From the NCBI GenBank assembly GCA_964567555.1, contig CAZMNA010000003.1, positions 18,882-82,881 of the forward strand: a DNA stretch of 64,000 bases. Direction: 5' to 3'. A program made the position numbers and the translations under genes. Under the pieces are notes generated by a model, which was given only the letters and a program-made list of their open reading frames with translations, was not told the origin of the DNA and ran no database searches. Source of the DNA: an uncultured Candidatus Saccharibacteria bacterium (lineage in GTDB: Bacteria > Patescibacteriota > Saccharimonadia > Saccharimonadales > UBA10212). Within the stretch, counting starts at the first letter, position 1, and the number at the start of each line of letters is the position of its first letter. Of the stretch, positions 41,799 to 51,673 are shown piece by piece.

Positions 41799-42251
41799 AT
41801 GTTCGGCATGTCCGCACCAAATGCAGAGACTTCAACTGGAATAATCATCCCATCAATGGAGGAGATTTTAGATGCATTTGAAAACCATCGGCACTCTTCC
41901 ATAAGAGTTCTGGGCAGATTGGGGATATATTACGGCCCATTCAATGGCTATGACATAGAACGCTCGCGTTTCGTGGGAATGACATTTGTGCCGGGAGCGC
42001 CGGTAGAACAGCTAAGCCGGGCATCGGCTCCATGGCAAAACACAGAGCCACCTATTCCATTTATGGACGACGCTGAAATTCCGGTCAGAGTTCTTAGGCC
42101 CATAGATGTCGAAGGTGAACCTGCTATAGGTATCCGGGGCATTACAGAAACAAAGCGTCCATATCTTTACAGACGTGCGGATGTCACGGTATCCGCCTTC
42201 CGCCGCGACGGCCATTCTTTCAGGATAGAGCCACACGATAAAGCCGTCTAG
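41799..42251 (+). CDS. hypothetical protein
   Basis: ORF behind TTGCAT-16-CATAAT. Confidence 0.55.
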   Translation: MFGMSAPNAETSTGIIIPSMEEILDAFENHRHSSIRVLGRLGIYYGPFNGYDIERSRFVGMTFVPGAPVEQLSRASAPWQNTEPPIPFMDDAEIPVRVLRPIDVEGEPAIGIRGITETKRPYLYRRADVTVSAFRRDGHSFRIEPHDKAV

Positions 42252-42380
42252 GACTTATCTAAATAGGGTTATAATTCGACTGATCAAGGAGAGATATATG
42301 CCGAACCCGATAAAGTCCAATCATTGATAAGAATAAGACTTTCCCGGCGAGAAGCTATATAATTTAGCAAAAGGGAGTTT

Positions 42381-42734
42381 ATGGCTAAGACCCAGGACGG
42401 TAGTGATAGCGAACTCGCTAAGCGCTGGAAGAAACAAGCAGCAATTGATCTACGTGCCGGCGAGCCGGCACCAGAAGCGGCGGAGGCACTTGCAGACAGC
42501 GATGCTCGCTATAGAGAAGCTGTAGCCCCATACCGAGAGGCCCGTTGGGCCCGACTCCCTTTGGAGACTGATGATACACACAACGGAGTAGATCTGGTAT
42601 CATTGCCGCCCGCTGAAAATCTGCAATTAGCTAGACGTAATGTCGCAAATGCATTTTCAGATGATGGATCGGTATCTTGCGAAACTACACCACAAACCCC
42701 CGGTGCGAGCGATCAGGAAAGCCTGACTTCCTAA
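42381..42734 (+). CDS. hypothetical protein
   Basis: AGGGAG SD; 117 aa. Confidence 0.55.
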   Translation: MAKTQDGSDSELAKRWKKQAAIDLRAGEPAPEAAEALADSDARYREAVAPYREARWARLPLETDDTHNGVDLVSLPPAENLQLARRNVANAFSDDGSVSCETTPQTPGASDQESLTS

Positions 42735-42778
42735 AATCCCATCCAATTCTTAAGTAGATTCAAGCACCCAAAAGCCAG

Positions 42779-43276
42779 CTAAGCGGCGGTGTCGTCAATG
42801 CCATGGACTAATTGCTGGCGAGAATACTGCACGGCGGCGCCAACAGCGGCCGTTTCAGCCGCTAGAGCGTCTAAGGCATTGCCCGGGATCTGGCTCGGTT
42901 CAAAAATACCCATCATGTCATGCAGACTGCCGTGATGTAGAATCCCAGTAATAACTACCGATTGGCCTGCTTCTGCCATTGCGTCCAAGGCCAATCCGCC
43001 TACTAACGCGGCGCCAAGTTTACCGCGAAAAGTCTCCGCTTTAGACCTAGTCATATTGGCCATCGCGCCTAAGTAGCCTACCAAAAAGTGCCTGCCGCTA
43101 TCCTGGAAAAACTCAAATAAACGATTGGTGTGGTCAAGCCAATGGTTAGCCTCTGCCGCGGTGGATAAACCCCCAGCCGCCGCCAGCGCGATGACAGCTG
43201 CAGCAATTTCTCGCCTGCGGCTGATTGTATCCTCACCCACGTAAGGCGCTTCAACCGCCTCAGCGAATTCAGTCAT
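42779..43276 (-). CDS. hypothetical membrane protein
   Basis: Ala/Gly-rich hydrophobic segments. Confidence 0.55.
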   Translation of the reverse strand: MTEFAEAVEAPYVGEDTISRRREIAAAVIALAAAGGLSTAAEANHWLDHTNRLFEFFQDSGRHFLVGYLGAMANMTRSKAETFRGKLGAALVGGLALDAMAEAGQSVVITGILHHGSLHDMMGIFEPSQIPGNALDALAAETAAVGAAVQYSRQQLVHGIDDTAA

Positions 43277-43323
43277 TTCGTTAGATTATACAAGCTCGTT
43301 TTATAAGTGAGATAATAAAAGTT

Positions 43324-44532
43324 ATGGAACGTCCTTTGGCGGAGCGGATGCGGCCGACCAAACTATCAGATGTGGTGGGGCAGGAGCAAATTGTTGGCAA
43401 AGGCAAGCTGATTAGCGAGCTAGTAAGCGCCGGCAAGCCTTTTAGTTTAATTTTTTGGGGGCCGCCGGGTAGCGGCAAAACTACGCTGGCACGCATTATC
43501 GCCAATGAGATGAATGCTGATTTTATAGAAATTAGCGCCGTCAACGCCGGCAAGGCCGATGTTACCAAGGTTGTCGAGCGGGCAAGGGGCAACGAGCAGG
43601 GCAGCACCATCGACAAGCCAAAGCAAACCGTTCTGTTTGTCGATGAGATCCATCGTTTCAATAAAGCCCAGCAGGATGCCTTTTTGCCTCACGTAGAGTC
43701 CGGTCTTATCACCCTCATTGGCGCCACAACCGAGAATCCCAGTTTTGAAGTCATCACGCCGCTTTTATCCCGCAGCCGGGTGGTGGTGCTGGAGCCGCTC
43801 GCCAAAAAAGATTTGATCGCAGTTTTAAAGCGCGCGGCCAATCCGCCAGCTGGCGGAGAAAAAATTACAGCCAAGCGCCTGCCGGCCGCCAGCTTGGACT
43901 TGCTGGCAGAACTTTCCGGCGGCGATGCCCGTATTGCGCTCGGCAATTTGGAGCTAGCCAACCAGCTGGCTGGCAAGGGCGCTATCACTAAAGATGTCGT
44001 CCAGCAGGCCGCCCAAAAGCGTATTCCGGGTTACGACAAAACTGGGGAAATGCACTACAACATCATTAGCGCTTTTATAAAATCTATGCGTGGCGGCGAC
44101 GGCTCAGCTGCGCTTTATTACATGGCCCGCATGCTACAGGCTGGGGAAGATCCAAAGTTTATTGCCCGGCGGATGGTAGTTTTTGCTTCTGAGGATATTG
44201 GCATGGCCGCGCCGGCCGCGCTAAATATTGCCGTCTCCACTTTTTTGGCGGTAGAACGAATTGGTTTGCCGGAATGTCAGATTAATTTGTCGCACTGCGT
44301 AACTGTACTAGCCCGTGCGCCAAAATCGCGAGAGTCTTACAATGCTTGGGGAAAAGCCCAAGCTGCCGCGCGAGACTATCCTGATGCGCCGGTGCCGCTG
44401 CACCTGCGAAACGCCCCAACCAAGCTGATGAAAGATCTAGGCTACGGCAAAGGTACCAAGTGGGAAAGTGGTTTTAAGCATCCCAAGGGGTTTCTCCCGG
44501 AAGAACTTGCTGACACAGATTTCTTTAATTGA
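43324..44532 (+). CDS. rarA: replication-associated recombination protein A
   Basis: PLAERMRP, GPPGSGKT, DEIHRFNKAQQD, HLRNAPT. Confidence 0.96.
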   Translation: MERPLAERMRPTKLSDVVGQEQIVGKGKLISELVSAGKPFSLIFWGPPGSGKTTLARIIANEMNADFIEISAVNAGKADVTKVVERARGNEQGSTIDKPKQTVLFVDEIHRFNKAQQDAFLPHVESGLITLIGATTENPSFEVITPLLSRSRVVVLEPLAKKDLIAVLKRAANPPAGGEKITAKRLPAASLDLLAELSGGDARIALGNLELANQLAGKGAITKDVVQQAAQKRIPGYDKTGEMHYNIISAFIKSMRGGDGSAALYYMARMLQAGEDPKFIARRMVVFASEDIGMAAPAALNIAVSTFLAVERIGLPECQINLSHCVTVLARAPKSRESYNAWGKAQAAARDYPDAPVPLHLRNAPTKLMKDLGYGKGTKWESGFKHPKGFLPEELADTDFFN

Positions 44533-44566
44533 TTAATGGATATAGAAAGCGCTGTATATTGTAAAT

Positions 44567-44869
44567 ATGAACATTCCAGAGAGTGTCCCTAACGATACTA
44601 GGACTTCAGGCGAGCTAGCAGAGGATTGGGCTGATCTGGAATTGGTAGATTTCTATAGGGAGTGGGGTCTTCTAGAGGTTCCAGCCGATAAAGAATATAG
44701 CGGCAAGTTCGTTCTTGGCACTATTAGGGCAGCCTTTGCCCACGGGCTGCGTAAAGGCTCGGCGGAGCCTGAAGCAACTCGGGAATACCTAGAAGCTTAT
44801 TCCGCCGAAAAACGCCGATGCCCGGACCCAGTTTTATTTAATTTCGCTGACGACAGCAGCAACTACTAG
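44567..44869 (+). CDS. hypothetical protein
   Basis: 100-aa ORF, leaderless-type start. Confidence 0.5.
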   Translation: MNIPESVPNDTRTSGELAEDWADLELVDFYREWGLLEVPADKEYSGKFVLGTIRAAFAHGLRKGSAEPEATREYLEAYSAEKRRCPDPVLFNFADDSSNY

Positions 44870-45412
44870 CACTATTAGTGCTGATGCTCCAACTAAAAAG
44901 CTAACAAGCTGTATGATCCATGCCGCTCTACTGGAACCTTCTTGGGTGTTAGATAGCGCAGCCAATGCAGCATTTTCTTTATCAACAGGATTTTGCATCG
45001 TTCCTATCACCTTGAGTGCATCAACTGCTTTCTCTCGATTTTTATACCAGAAACGTCGTTCTGAAATAAAATGGATAACTCCAGTCAGGAGTGAAATGCC
45101 CAATCCAGCAACAGAAACGATTAAAAACAATGCGGCTATAATGCCTATACTATTGGTTCCTCTATTTACTGCAACTCCACCAATAATTGCTAGAACAGCT
45201 GAAGAAATAAGAATTATTTGTAGCGCCACCTTTTCTTCAGCTTGGTTGCCCTGTGAAGTAAAGTCTTTTATAGATTCGACCAGGGCCTGGGTATTTGTAA
45301 TGGGCCGTTGCGGCATAGCTACGGGCAGCTGTAGCTGAATACTCGGGATATTCTGCTGTTGTGCGATTGGGGGTGGTAGCGGTGATGGAGGGTCCTGTTT
45401 ATTATCATCCAT
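44834..45412 (-). CDS. hypothetical 3-TM protein
   Basis: Three hydrophobic helices; TTGCAT-17-CATGCT 6 nt before ATG. Confidence 0.65.
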   Translation of the reverse strand: MDDNKQDPPSPLPPPIAQQQNIPSIQLQLPVAMPQRPITNTQALVESIKDFTSQGNQAEEKVALQIILISSAVLAIIGGVAVNRGTNSIGIIAALFLIVSVAGLGISLLTGVIHFISERRFWYKNREKAVDALKVIGTMQNPVDKENAALAALSNTQEGSSRAAWIIQLVSFLVGASALIVLVVAAVVSEIK

Positions 45413-45466
45413 AATTCAAGCATGGCACGCACTATATACGGATGCAAGCATAAGCACGCGCAAAAT

Positions 45467-45515
45467 AAGCGGGCCGGGATATGTATAAAGAACGCACGCG
45501 CGTGGGGTGAAACAG
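45467..45515 (+). repeat. dispersed intergenic repeat, copy 1
   Basis: AAGCGGGC..AAAGAACGCACGCGCGTGGGGTGAAACAG. Confidence 0.85.
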
Positions 45516-45562
45516 GGGGCGTATGCTTGCTTTTTCCATAATTTGTTAGAAAATAGTTGTTA

Positions 45563-46246
45563 ATGAGTTTTCATGAGCGAATAGCCTCACCAGAGTATTG
45601 GGAGAGTCCCAGCTCATTGCCCGAGGTTCCAATTGGCGCAAAAGTTTTAGATGGGTTTTTTGGCGCGCATTTATTGGCGACGCATGGAGCTGTGAAGGTA
45701 ATGGAGTTGTATAGAAAAGCTAGGGTTTCGGGCCATATAGCAGAGGCGGTTCCGTTCGGGGAAGAACTGCCGCTTCTAGAAAGGGGGGAGGGGTTATTAA
45801 GGGTCGTTGAGGATAGTATAAATCTTGGACCGCCCAGACGGCGGGACTTTCACTTGTATAAGAATGGTGAAGAAACATTTGAACGCCGGGCCGCTCAGAT
45901 TCAAGCCAACAGGCTATATAGTGGTGAGTCCGCTCGTATGATTGTGGACTACGAGGACGAACGCCAAGCAAGAATTTGGAGGACTGTAACTTATATGACC
46001 GGTTCTAGAAGTGGCCATATGCTCGAAGGAGTAATGAGCGACCTGTTGGATCGACGGCCTGCCGATATTCTGATGCTTGATCAACTGCCACCGATCGTAG
46101 TGGGTGAGCCGTACAAATGGAATCTTGGTGGGGATATGTCTAAAGTGATTGCCGCAGACATATTAATTCCAGGTGGAGGAAAGAAGAAAAAACTGCCAAA
46201 GCTAGCAAAAGTTAGCCCGTCCCCTAGACTAGTAGCAAGTTTTTAA
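45563..46246 (+). CDS. hypothetical protein
   Basis: Fills the interval between repeat copies 1 and 2. Confidence 0.65.
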   Translation: MSFHERIASPEYWESPSSLPEVPIGAKVLDGFFGAHLLATHGAVKVMELYRKARVSGHIAEAVPFGEELPLLERGEGLLRVVEDSINLGPPRRRDFHLYKNGEETFERRAAQIQANRLYSGESARMIVDYEDERQARIWRTVTYMTGSRSGHMLEGVMSDLLDRRPADILMLDQLPPIVVGEPYKWNLGGDMSKVIAADILIPGGGKKKKLPKLAKVSPSPRLVASF

Positions 46247-46295
46247 AAGCGGGCGGTGTTATAGTGAAAGAACGCACGCGCGTGGGGTGGAACAG
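46247..46295 (+). repeat. dispersed intergenic repeat, copy 2
   Basis: AAGCGGGC..AAAGAACGCACGCGCGTGGGGTGGAACAG. Confidence 0.85.
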
Positions 46296-46310
46296 ATAGA
46301 AATTGGGCCG

Positions 46311-46694
46311 CTAGAGCAGGCCGGCTTTGATAAGTTGAGGAAAGATTTCTTTCGTGAAGTTCGGCGTTACTTTTGTGTTGCCAAATTCAATATCCTGCCT
46401 GGAGAACCAACCGATTTTTGTAATTTCCTTGCTGACGGTTGCAGGCTCGCCAACAACATCTACTAAAAAGTATTTAGCTGTCGGCGTGTAGTCGTGTGAT
46501 ACTTGGCTGAAAAGTTTTGCTTTATTAATTTTCACTCCGAGCTCTTCTGCCAACTCCCGGCGGAGGGCTTGTTGGTAGTCCTCGCCCGCGTTTAATCGCC
46601 CGCCAGGGGTCCAGTACAGTCCCAGCTCGTCATTTGAAACCAGCAAAATTCTTTTATCTCTAATTATCAATGCGCCAGCACGCCTAGCTTTCAT
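46311..46694 (-). CDS. NUDIX hydrolase
   Basis: PGGRLNAGE...ALRRELAEELG. Confidence 0.88.
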   Translation of the reverse strand: MKARRAGALIIRDKRILLVSNDELGLYWTPGGRLNAGEDYQQALRRELAEELGVKINKAKLFSQVSHDYTPTAKYFLVDVVGEPATVSKEITKIGWFSRQDIEFGNTKVTPNFTKEIFPQLIKAGLL

Positions 46695-46719
46695 AAATCG
46701 GATTATACGCCCAAGATTA

Positions 46720-47274
46720 TTAGCTTAATAAGCTTAATTGAATCGCTTCCGGGGAGTAATCACTCGGGAATCCCAGTTCATGTAGTTGTTGGGGTGTGAG
46801 TTCAGCCAATGCTCTTAGATAAACCTCCACGCTTTCTTCTACATGATCGAGCTCTTCTAGCGGCTCGTCCCTTCGTTGACTTTCTTCCCAGCGTTCACAA
46901 GAACTACGGCTAGTTTGCATGCCGCTCATTCCCAGGGGGCGTTTTCCGTCTGTCCGAATGTGAGGCGCGACACTCTCGTCGTTGCTGCCGGGGTTCTGTA
47001 CCTGAATGGATAGATATACCGTGAAATCCTGGCCTTCTACTACACCCGCCAAGGGAACCTCAGGTGTTATGTGCCAATCTCTCCCATAGCTCTCTTGCGG
47101 CTTAAGCAGTGGCCTTACTTTATCAATCATCCTATTAAAGCGCACGACATAGCCTAATTCCCCTACGCCTTCAATCCGCTTTGCAGGCTCGTCTTTTACC
47201 TTACTATACTCAACCGCATGCCGGTCACCTTCGTAAAAATGAAAGCCAGCAGCAATTAAGTTCTCTTTGTCCAT
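46720..47274 (-). CDS. hypothetical protein
   Basis: TTGCAA..TATAAT immediately upstream. Confidence 0.65.
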   Translation of the reverse strand: MDKENLIAAGFHFYEGDRHAVEYSKVKDEPAKRIEGVGELGYVVRFNRMIDKVRPLLKPQESYGRDWHITPEVPLAGVVEGQDFTVYLSIQVQNPGSNDESVAPHIRTDGKRPLGMSGMQTSRSSCERWEESQRRDEPLEELDHVEESVEVYLRALAELTPQQLHELGFPSDYSPEAIQLSLLS

Positions 47275-47343
47275 TCGGGATATTATAAACTCTTATTGCA
47301 AAAAATCAATAATCCCTACGTCCGACAGCTCTGAAGAACCCCC

Positions 47344-47387
47344 AGGCGGGTTATATATATAAAAGGCGCGCGCGTGGGGTGGAACAG
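47344..47387 (+). repeat. dispersed intergenic repeat, copy 3
   Basis: AGGCGGGTTATATATATAAAAGGCGCGCGCGTGGGGTGGAACAG. Confidence 0.8.
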
Positions 47388-47506
47388 ATGGGGTCTATTG
47401 AATTTCATAGGGATAGGCCAAATCGGGGCAAGCGTGACCGAAAAGCTAGTTTTGTGTTAATGGAGAGCGAAGTGATCGTACTAAGTGTCTTCGGAAAATG
47501 CCCGCT

Positions 47507-48064
47507 TCAAAATGCATTGCGGGATCCATGAAATTTTCCTCCATCTATGGTAACTATTCTGGCCTCTCGCCTCCCGCTGTCGCCAATAATTCTGCTTGCT
47601 CTAACCAAGTATTGGCGAGCTGGATCATCCATCCTGCCCCCACCAGCAATTAATTCGAATTCCTCGCTTAAGCGGTCCTTGATACCTGATGCAACCCCTG
47701 CAACACCATGCATGGCTCGATCAGACAGAACAACATGCTTACCTATAGCAATATCAAAGAGGTGTCGCAATGCGGTGCCACCGACTCTTGCCACAGTGGA
47801 AAGGTTGCGCCTCGTATTTTCTTCTGTCGGCGCTCTATAAGATTCCAAATCTCGTAATGCCGCCAGAATCGCCAGATCAGAAAGAGCATTTTCGTCGTCT
47901 TGCGTCCTCATCCAGCGAAGTATGTTGTCAGAATCTGGGGCAATGCCACTAATCCAAAGTCGTCGTATACGCGGCATTTCAACTTGTCTCACAGCATCTG
48001 CAAAATTCCACAAGGACGCGCTTAAAGCTGGCAACTCATGTTGGTCTAATGGCATAACTGCCAA
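47507..48064 (-). CDS. hypothetical protein
   Basis: 185-aa ORF between repeat copies 3 and 4. Confidence 0.6.
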   Translation of the reverse strand: MAVMPLDQHELPALSASLWNFADAVRQVEMPRIRRLWISGIAPDSDNILRWMRTQDDENALSDLAILAALRDLESYRAPTEENTRRNLSTVARVGGTALRHLFDIAIGKHVVLSDRAMHGVAGVASGIKDRLSEEFELIAGGGRMDDPARQYLVRASRIIGDSGRREARIVTIDGGKFHGSRNAF

Positions 48065-48113
48065 AAGATAACAATTTAGAGGTTATAGTGCAAGCATGAG
48101 CAGGGTAAAGAGC

Positions 48114-48148
48114 ATATATAAGGAACGTGTGCGCGTGGGGTGGAACAG
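48114..48148 (+). repeat. dispersed intergenic repeat, copy 4
   Basis: ATATATAAGGAACGTGTGCGCGTGGGGTGGAACAG. Confidence 0.8.
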
Positions 48149-48173
48149 ATAACCCATGCTACTAGTGGAAAAT

Positions 48174-49403
48174 TTAATTTTCTACAAAGGTCAGGGCATG
48201 GCCTGGGCGGCCGGCGCGGCCGGCGCGGCCAATGCGGTGCACGTAATCGTCGTAGGTCTGCGGCTGGTCAAAATTAATAACGTGAGTTATGTCCTTGACG
48301 TCTATGCCGCGGGCAGCAACATCCGTTGCCACCAGGATGTTTAGGTTGTTAAGCCTAAAAGCATCCAGCGCCCGCTTGCGGGCACCTTGGCTTTTGCCGC
48401 CGTGTAGGGCCGCGGTTTTAAAGCCGCGGGCGTTTAGCTCTTTGCTTAGCCGTTCTACCCCATATTTAGTTTTGCCGAAGATAAGCGCCTTTTTGGTATC
48501 TCCGGCGATGAGCGCATTATGGAGCCTGTCCATTTTCTCCGTCTTGCCGGAAAACTTCACCACGGCTTGGTGGACGTTACTGCTAGTCTCGCCAGCTTTG
48601 ACGTTCACAAACTCCGGGTTGTGGCAGAAGGAATCTATGAGGTTTTTGATAGCTGGGCTTACCGTGGCACTAAAGAAGAAGGCCTGGTGTTCTTTTGGCA
48701 AAAGCTGCAGTATGTGACGCACATCTGGCAAAAAGCCCATGTCCAGCATCCTGTCCACCTCATCCAAAACCACCGTGTGGCAGTTGCTCAAGTTAAGGGT
48801 CTGCTGCTGCAGGTGATCCTTGATACGCCCAGGAGTACCAATAAGCAGCCGCGCACCGTTTTTAAGAGCCGTTTTTTGGCGACCCATAGGCATACCACCA
48901 ATGAGTAGGGCAGAACTAATACCGCTACTTCGTCCAAGCAAGTGGCACTGCTCTTCTATTTGTATGGCCAGCTCGCGCGTGGGTGCCACAATTAAAGCTT
49001 GGCTGCCGCTTGTATGCATCAGTTTATTTAAGACAGGCAGGGCGAACGCGGCGGTCTTGCCGGTACCCGTATCTGCAACTCCCACAACGTTTCGGCCGGC
49101 TAGGCCTAGGGCTATAGTTTTATCCTGGATTTCTGATGGGCTCATATAGCCTTTGGCCGTCACGTTGCTTTTAAGCAGGGGGTGCATGACAAAATCGGCA
49201 AAATCATGACCAGATTTATAATCTGCTGATTCGCCAGGGTTGGCTATTTTTACAAAGCGCGCCGGATCAATTGTCTGGCCGCCGCGGGAACGCGGCTTAG
49301 ACGAGAAGTGGCGCCTAGGCCCAGAACTATACGGTCTTTGGCTACCATAACTTTTATAACCTGGACGCCGCGGCGCGTGGTTGAATGAACTATTTTGATA
49401 CAT
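48174..49403 (-). CDS. DEAD-box RNA helicase
   Basis: TGTGKT, PTRELA, DEVD, SAT, HRIGRAGR. Confidence 0.95.
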   Translation of the reverse strand: MYQNSSFNHAPRRPGYKSYGSQRPYSSGPRRHFSSKPRSRGGQTIDPARFVKIANPGESADYKSGHDFADFVMHPLLKSNVTAKGYMSPSEIQDKTIALGLAGRNVVGVADTGTGKTAAFALPVLNKLMHTSGSQALIVAPTRELAIQIEEQCHLLGRSSGISSALLIGGMPMGRQKTALKNGARLLIGTPGRIKDHLQQQTLNLSNCHTVVLDEVDRMLDMGFLPDVRHILQLLPKEHQAFFFSATVSPAIKNLIDSFCHNPEFVNVKAGETSSNVHQAVVKFSGKTEKMDRLHNALIAGDTKKALIFGKTKYGVERLSKELNARGFKTAALHGGKSQGARKRALDAFRLNNLNILVATDVAARGIDVKDITHVINFDQPQTYDDYVHRIGRAGRAGRPGHALTFVEN

Positions 49404-49566
49404 TAAAAAAGAATCCTGTCTAACTTAGTTTTACTCTGATTGCTGCAAAAAGCCTGGAGTAAAACTGGGTAAACCCGGATTCTTGAACAATTAACACAAT
49501 ATTAACATAAAAATTATAGTTTTACCAGCATCTTGGAGCATGGGACAAAGAACACGCTCAAAAAGT

Positions 49567-50007
49567 TTATGGTTTGGCGATGTGAAAGTTGCTGACGTTG
49601 TCGCCAGTTACGCGGCCTGACGAATCGCTAGTAAAGGTATATAGCGGCATGCCTTTGTAGACATACTGCATAGAACCGTCCGAACGGGTAATAACGGTTA
49701 CGTTTGTGGGCAAAGAGGTTGTTTTAGTAGCTTGGTAAATGGGCCAGGTGTAAAGACAAGAGTCGCTGCAGTTGCTAACGCCGCTACTATCTGCGCCGTA
49801 AGTGTAAAGCGCGTTGCCATTGGCATCCGCCAAGTATGAGCCTACGCCCGAAGCTGTCTTGGTTTGGATTATCGCCCCAGAACTAATGGGAGACTGGTTG
49901 CCTGAAGTGCTGCTAGAAGGGGTTTTTGTGGGCGATTTATGAAATATGGCGTAAGCGCCAACGGCTATAAGTATGATTACTATAATTGCAGCTGCTGATC
50001 TCTTCAT
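49567..50007 (-). CDS. secreted repeat protein (Lipoprotein_15-like)
   Basis: GNALYTYGAD and YKGMPLYTFTSD repeats; ATG after AAGGAG. Confidence 0.8.
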   Translation of the reverse strand: MKRSAAAIIVIILIAVGAYAIFHKSPTKTPSSSTSGNQSPISSGAIIQTKTASGVGSYLADANGNALYTYGADSSGVSNCSDSCLYTWPIYQATKTTSLPTNVTVITRSDGSMQYVYKGMPLYTFTSDSSGRVTGDNVSNFHIAKP

Positions 50008-50283
50008 GATGAGCTCCTTAATTGGTGCATTAATTATAGCAGTGTCTGTTGGCCTAGCTGCGGCGGCGGAGATTGCTACCAAGCCAACAACGTACAAGGA
50101 CAAAATCGCCAGGGGTCTGGGCCCATCCGTAGCCACTGGCGCCACGGCTACAAACCATAGAATCATCCCCGCAAGCTCTACCTGCTTTTAAATATGGCAA
50201 AGATCGCCCGCTTAAGGACAAAAGCCCTATCAATAAATGGCCTAGAATGGCCTGTTATAATGGTTGAGTAATTTGACAACTAA

Positions 50284-50420
50284 AAATATCAAGAGAGCAG
50301 CGAGGGATCTAGCCCAACGACCTGCCAGCAACCTAGCGTTCTTGCCAAGGTGCTAAGCCTAGCCCAAACGGGAAGGATAAAATCGATGAATCCTTTCCTT
50401 GCCAGAAAGGATTTTTATTT
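50284..50420 (+). ncRNA. SAM-I riboswitch with terminator / RBS hairpin
   Basis: ATCAAGAG..GAGGGA..GCCC..CAGCAACC..GGTGCTAA..GAT upstream of metK; AATCCTTTC/GAAAGGATT plus T-run. Confidence 0.88.
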
Positions 50421-50421
50421 A

Positions 50422-51546
50422 ATGAGCGACGAATATCATGCCGATTTATTTACATCAGAAAGTGTTTGCGCCGGTCACCCGGACAAGATTTGTGATGCTA
50501 TCTCCGATGCCATCGTGGATGCGGGCCTTGCTCAAGATCCTGACTCGCGCTGCGGCATAGAGACAGTCGCTGGCGCCAACCAGATTTGCCTATTTGGCGA
50601 GATAAAGACCAAAGCTCAGCTGGATTTTGAAGCTATTGCTCGCGGCAAGGTAAAAGAGCTCGGCTACACTCGTCCGGAGTGGGGGTTTTCTCAGCAGAGC
50701 ACATTTTCTAATGACATTCATCAGCAATCTCCAGAGATAGCCCGAGGTGTTGACCCGGGCGGGGCAGGCGACCAAGGCATGATGTTCGGCTTCGGGTGCA
50801 ACGAAACACCGGAGCTGATGCCTCTGCCCATAATGCTGGCCCATAGCCTAACCAAGCGGATTGATGAAGCCCGCCAAAACGGTGAGCTAGGCTGGCTACG
50901 GCCCGACGGCAAAGCTCAGGTAACAGTGCGTTATAAAGATGGCAAACCTTCCAGTATTGAAAAGCTGGTTGCTGCGGTAGCGCATGATGAGCACACTGCG
51001 CCCGAACAAGTCCGCGCCGATGTCATTGCTAACATTATGCAGCCGGTCGTGGAACACTACGGTCTTAAATTACCGACCGAAAACAATATTATTGTTAATG
51101 GCACTGGTCTTTGGCACATCCCCGGTCCCGAGAGCGATGCAGGTCTGACTGGCCGTAAGATTGTTGTGGACGGCTACGGTGGCTATGCCCGCGTCGGCGG
51201 CGGCGCCTTTTCCGGCAAGGACCCCTCTAAAGTGGACCGCTCTGGTGCGTATGCGGCGCGCTATATTGCCAAAAATATCGTGGCGGCTGGGCTAGCCGAT
51301 AAGTGCGAGGTAGGACTAGCCTACGTGATTGGCCAACCGCGGCCGCTGATGCAAACAATAGATACTTTTGAAACCGGCAAGGTTAGCGACGAAGAGCTCC
51401 ACCAGTTCAAAGACAAGCTGCTAGATACCAGCGTAAAGGGCATAATCAACGGCCTAAAATTGGCTCGGCCAATATACTCAGCCACAGCTGCCTATGGTCA
51501 CTTTGGCAAAGCCGACTTGCCGTGGGAGCAAATTGCCAAAACTTAG
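50422..51546 (+). CDS. metK: S-adenosylmethionine synthetase
   Basis: FTSESV..GHPDK, GAGDQG, GGGAFSGKD. Confidence 0.97.
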   Translation: MSDEYHADLFTSESVCAGHPDKICDAISDAIVDAGLAQDPDSRCGIETVAGANQICLFGEIKTKAQLDFEAIARGKVKELGYTRPEWGFSQQSTFSNDIHQQSPEIARGVDPGGAGDQGMMFGFGCNETPELMPLPIMLAHSLTKRIDEARQNGELGWLRPDGKAQVTVRYKDGKPSSIEKLVAAVAHDEHTAPEQVRADVIANIMQPVVEHYGLKLPTENNIIVNGTGLWHIPGPESDAGLTGRKIVVDGYGGYARVGGGAFSGKDPSKVDRSGAYAARYIAKNIVAAGLADKCEVGLAYVIGQPRPLMQTIDTFETGKVSDEELHQFKDKLLDTSVKGIINGLKLARPIYSATAAYGHFGKADLPWEQIAKT

Positions 51547-51673
51547 GTTTTGCACAAGTTTGCCCACAACTTACCCACAACTTCTAAACAGAAAAACGAT
51601 GCTTGTGTAAAAAATCCATAGTCCGCCAAAAAATAGGCGTTGACGCGTCTCACGGTTCCGATTATAGTAGTTA

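Noticed and set aside
42779-43276. SRRREI as a Tat signal (also RRRTLL at 17075)
   Set aside because: Poor match to RRxFL or followed by multiple TM segments; not convincing substrates
45467-48148. CRISPR array or integron attC interpretation of the four repeats
   Set aside because: Spacers are 0.7-1.1 kb and gene-filled; there are no cas genes, no attC core sites and no intI
50350-50421. N-terminal extension of metK (likewise tatC 39430, apbE 52849, nusB 2587, 50166)
   Set aside because: Upstream alternative starts fall in the riboswitch or in neighbouring genes; downstream ATGs fit the family N-termini or SDs
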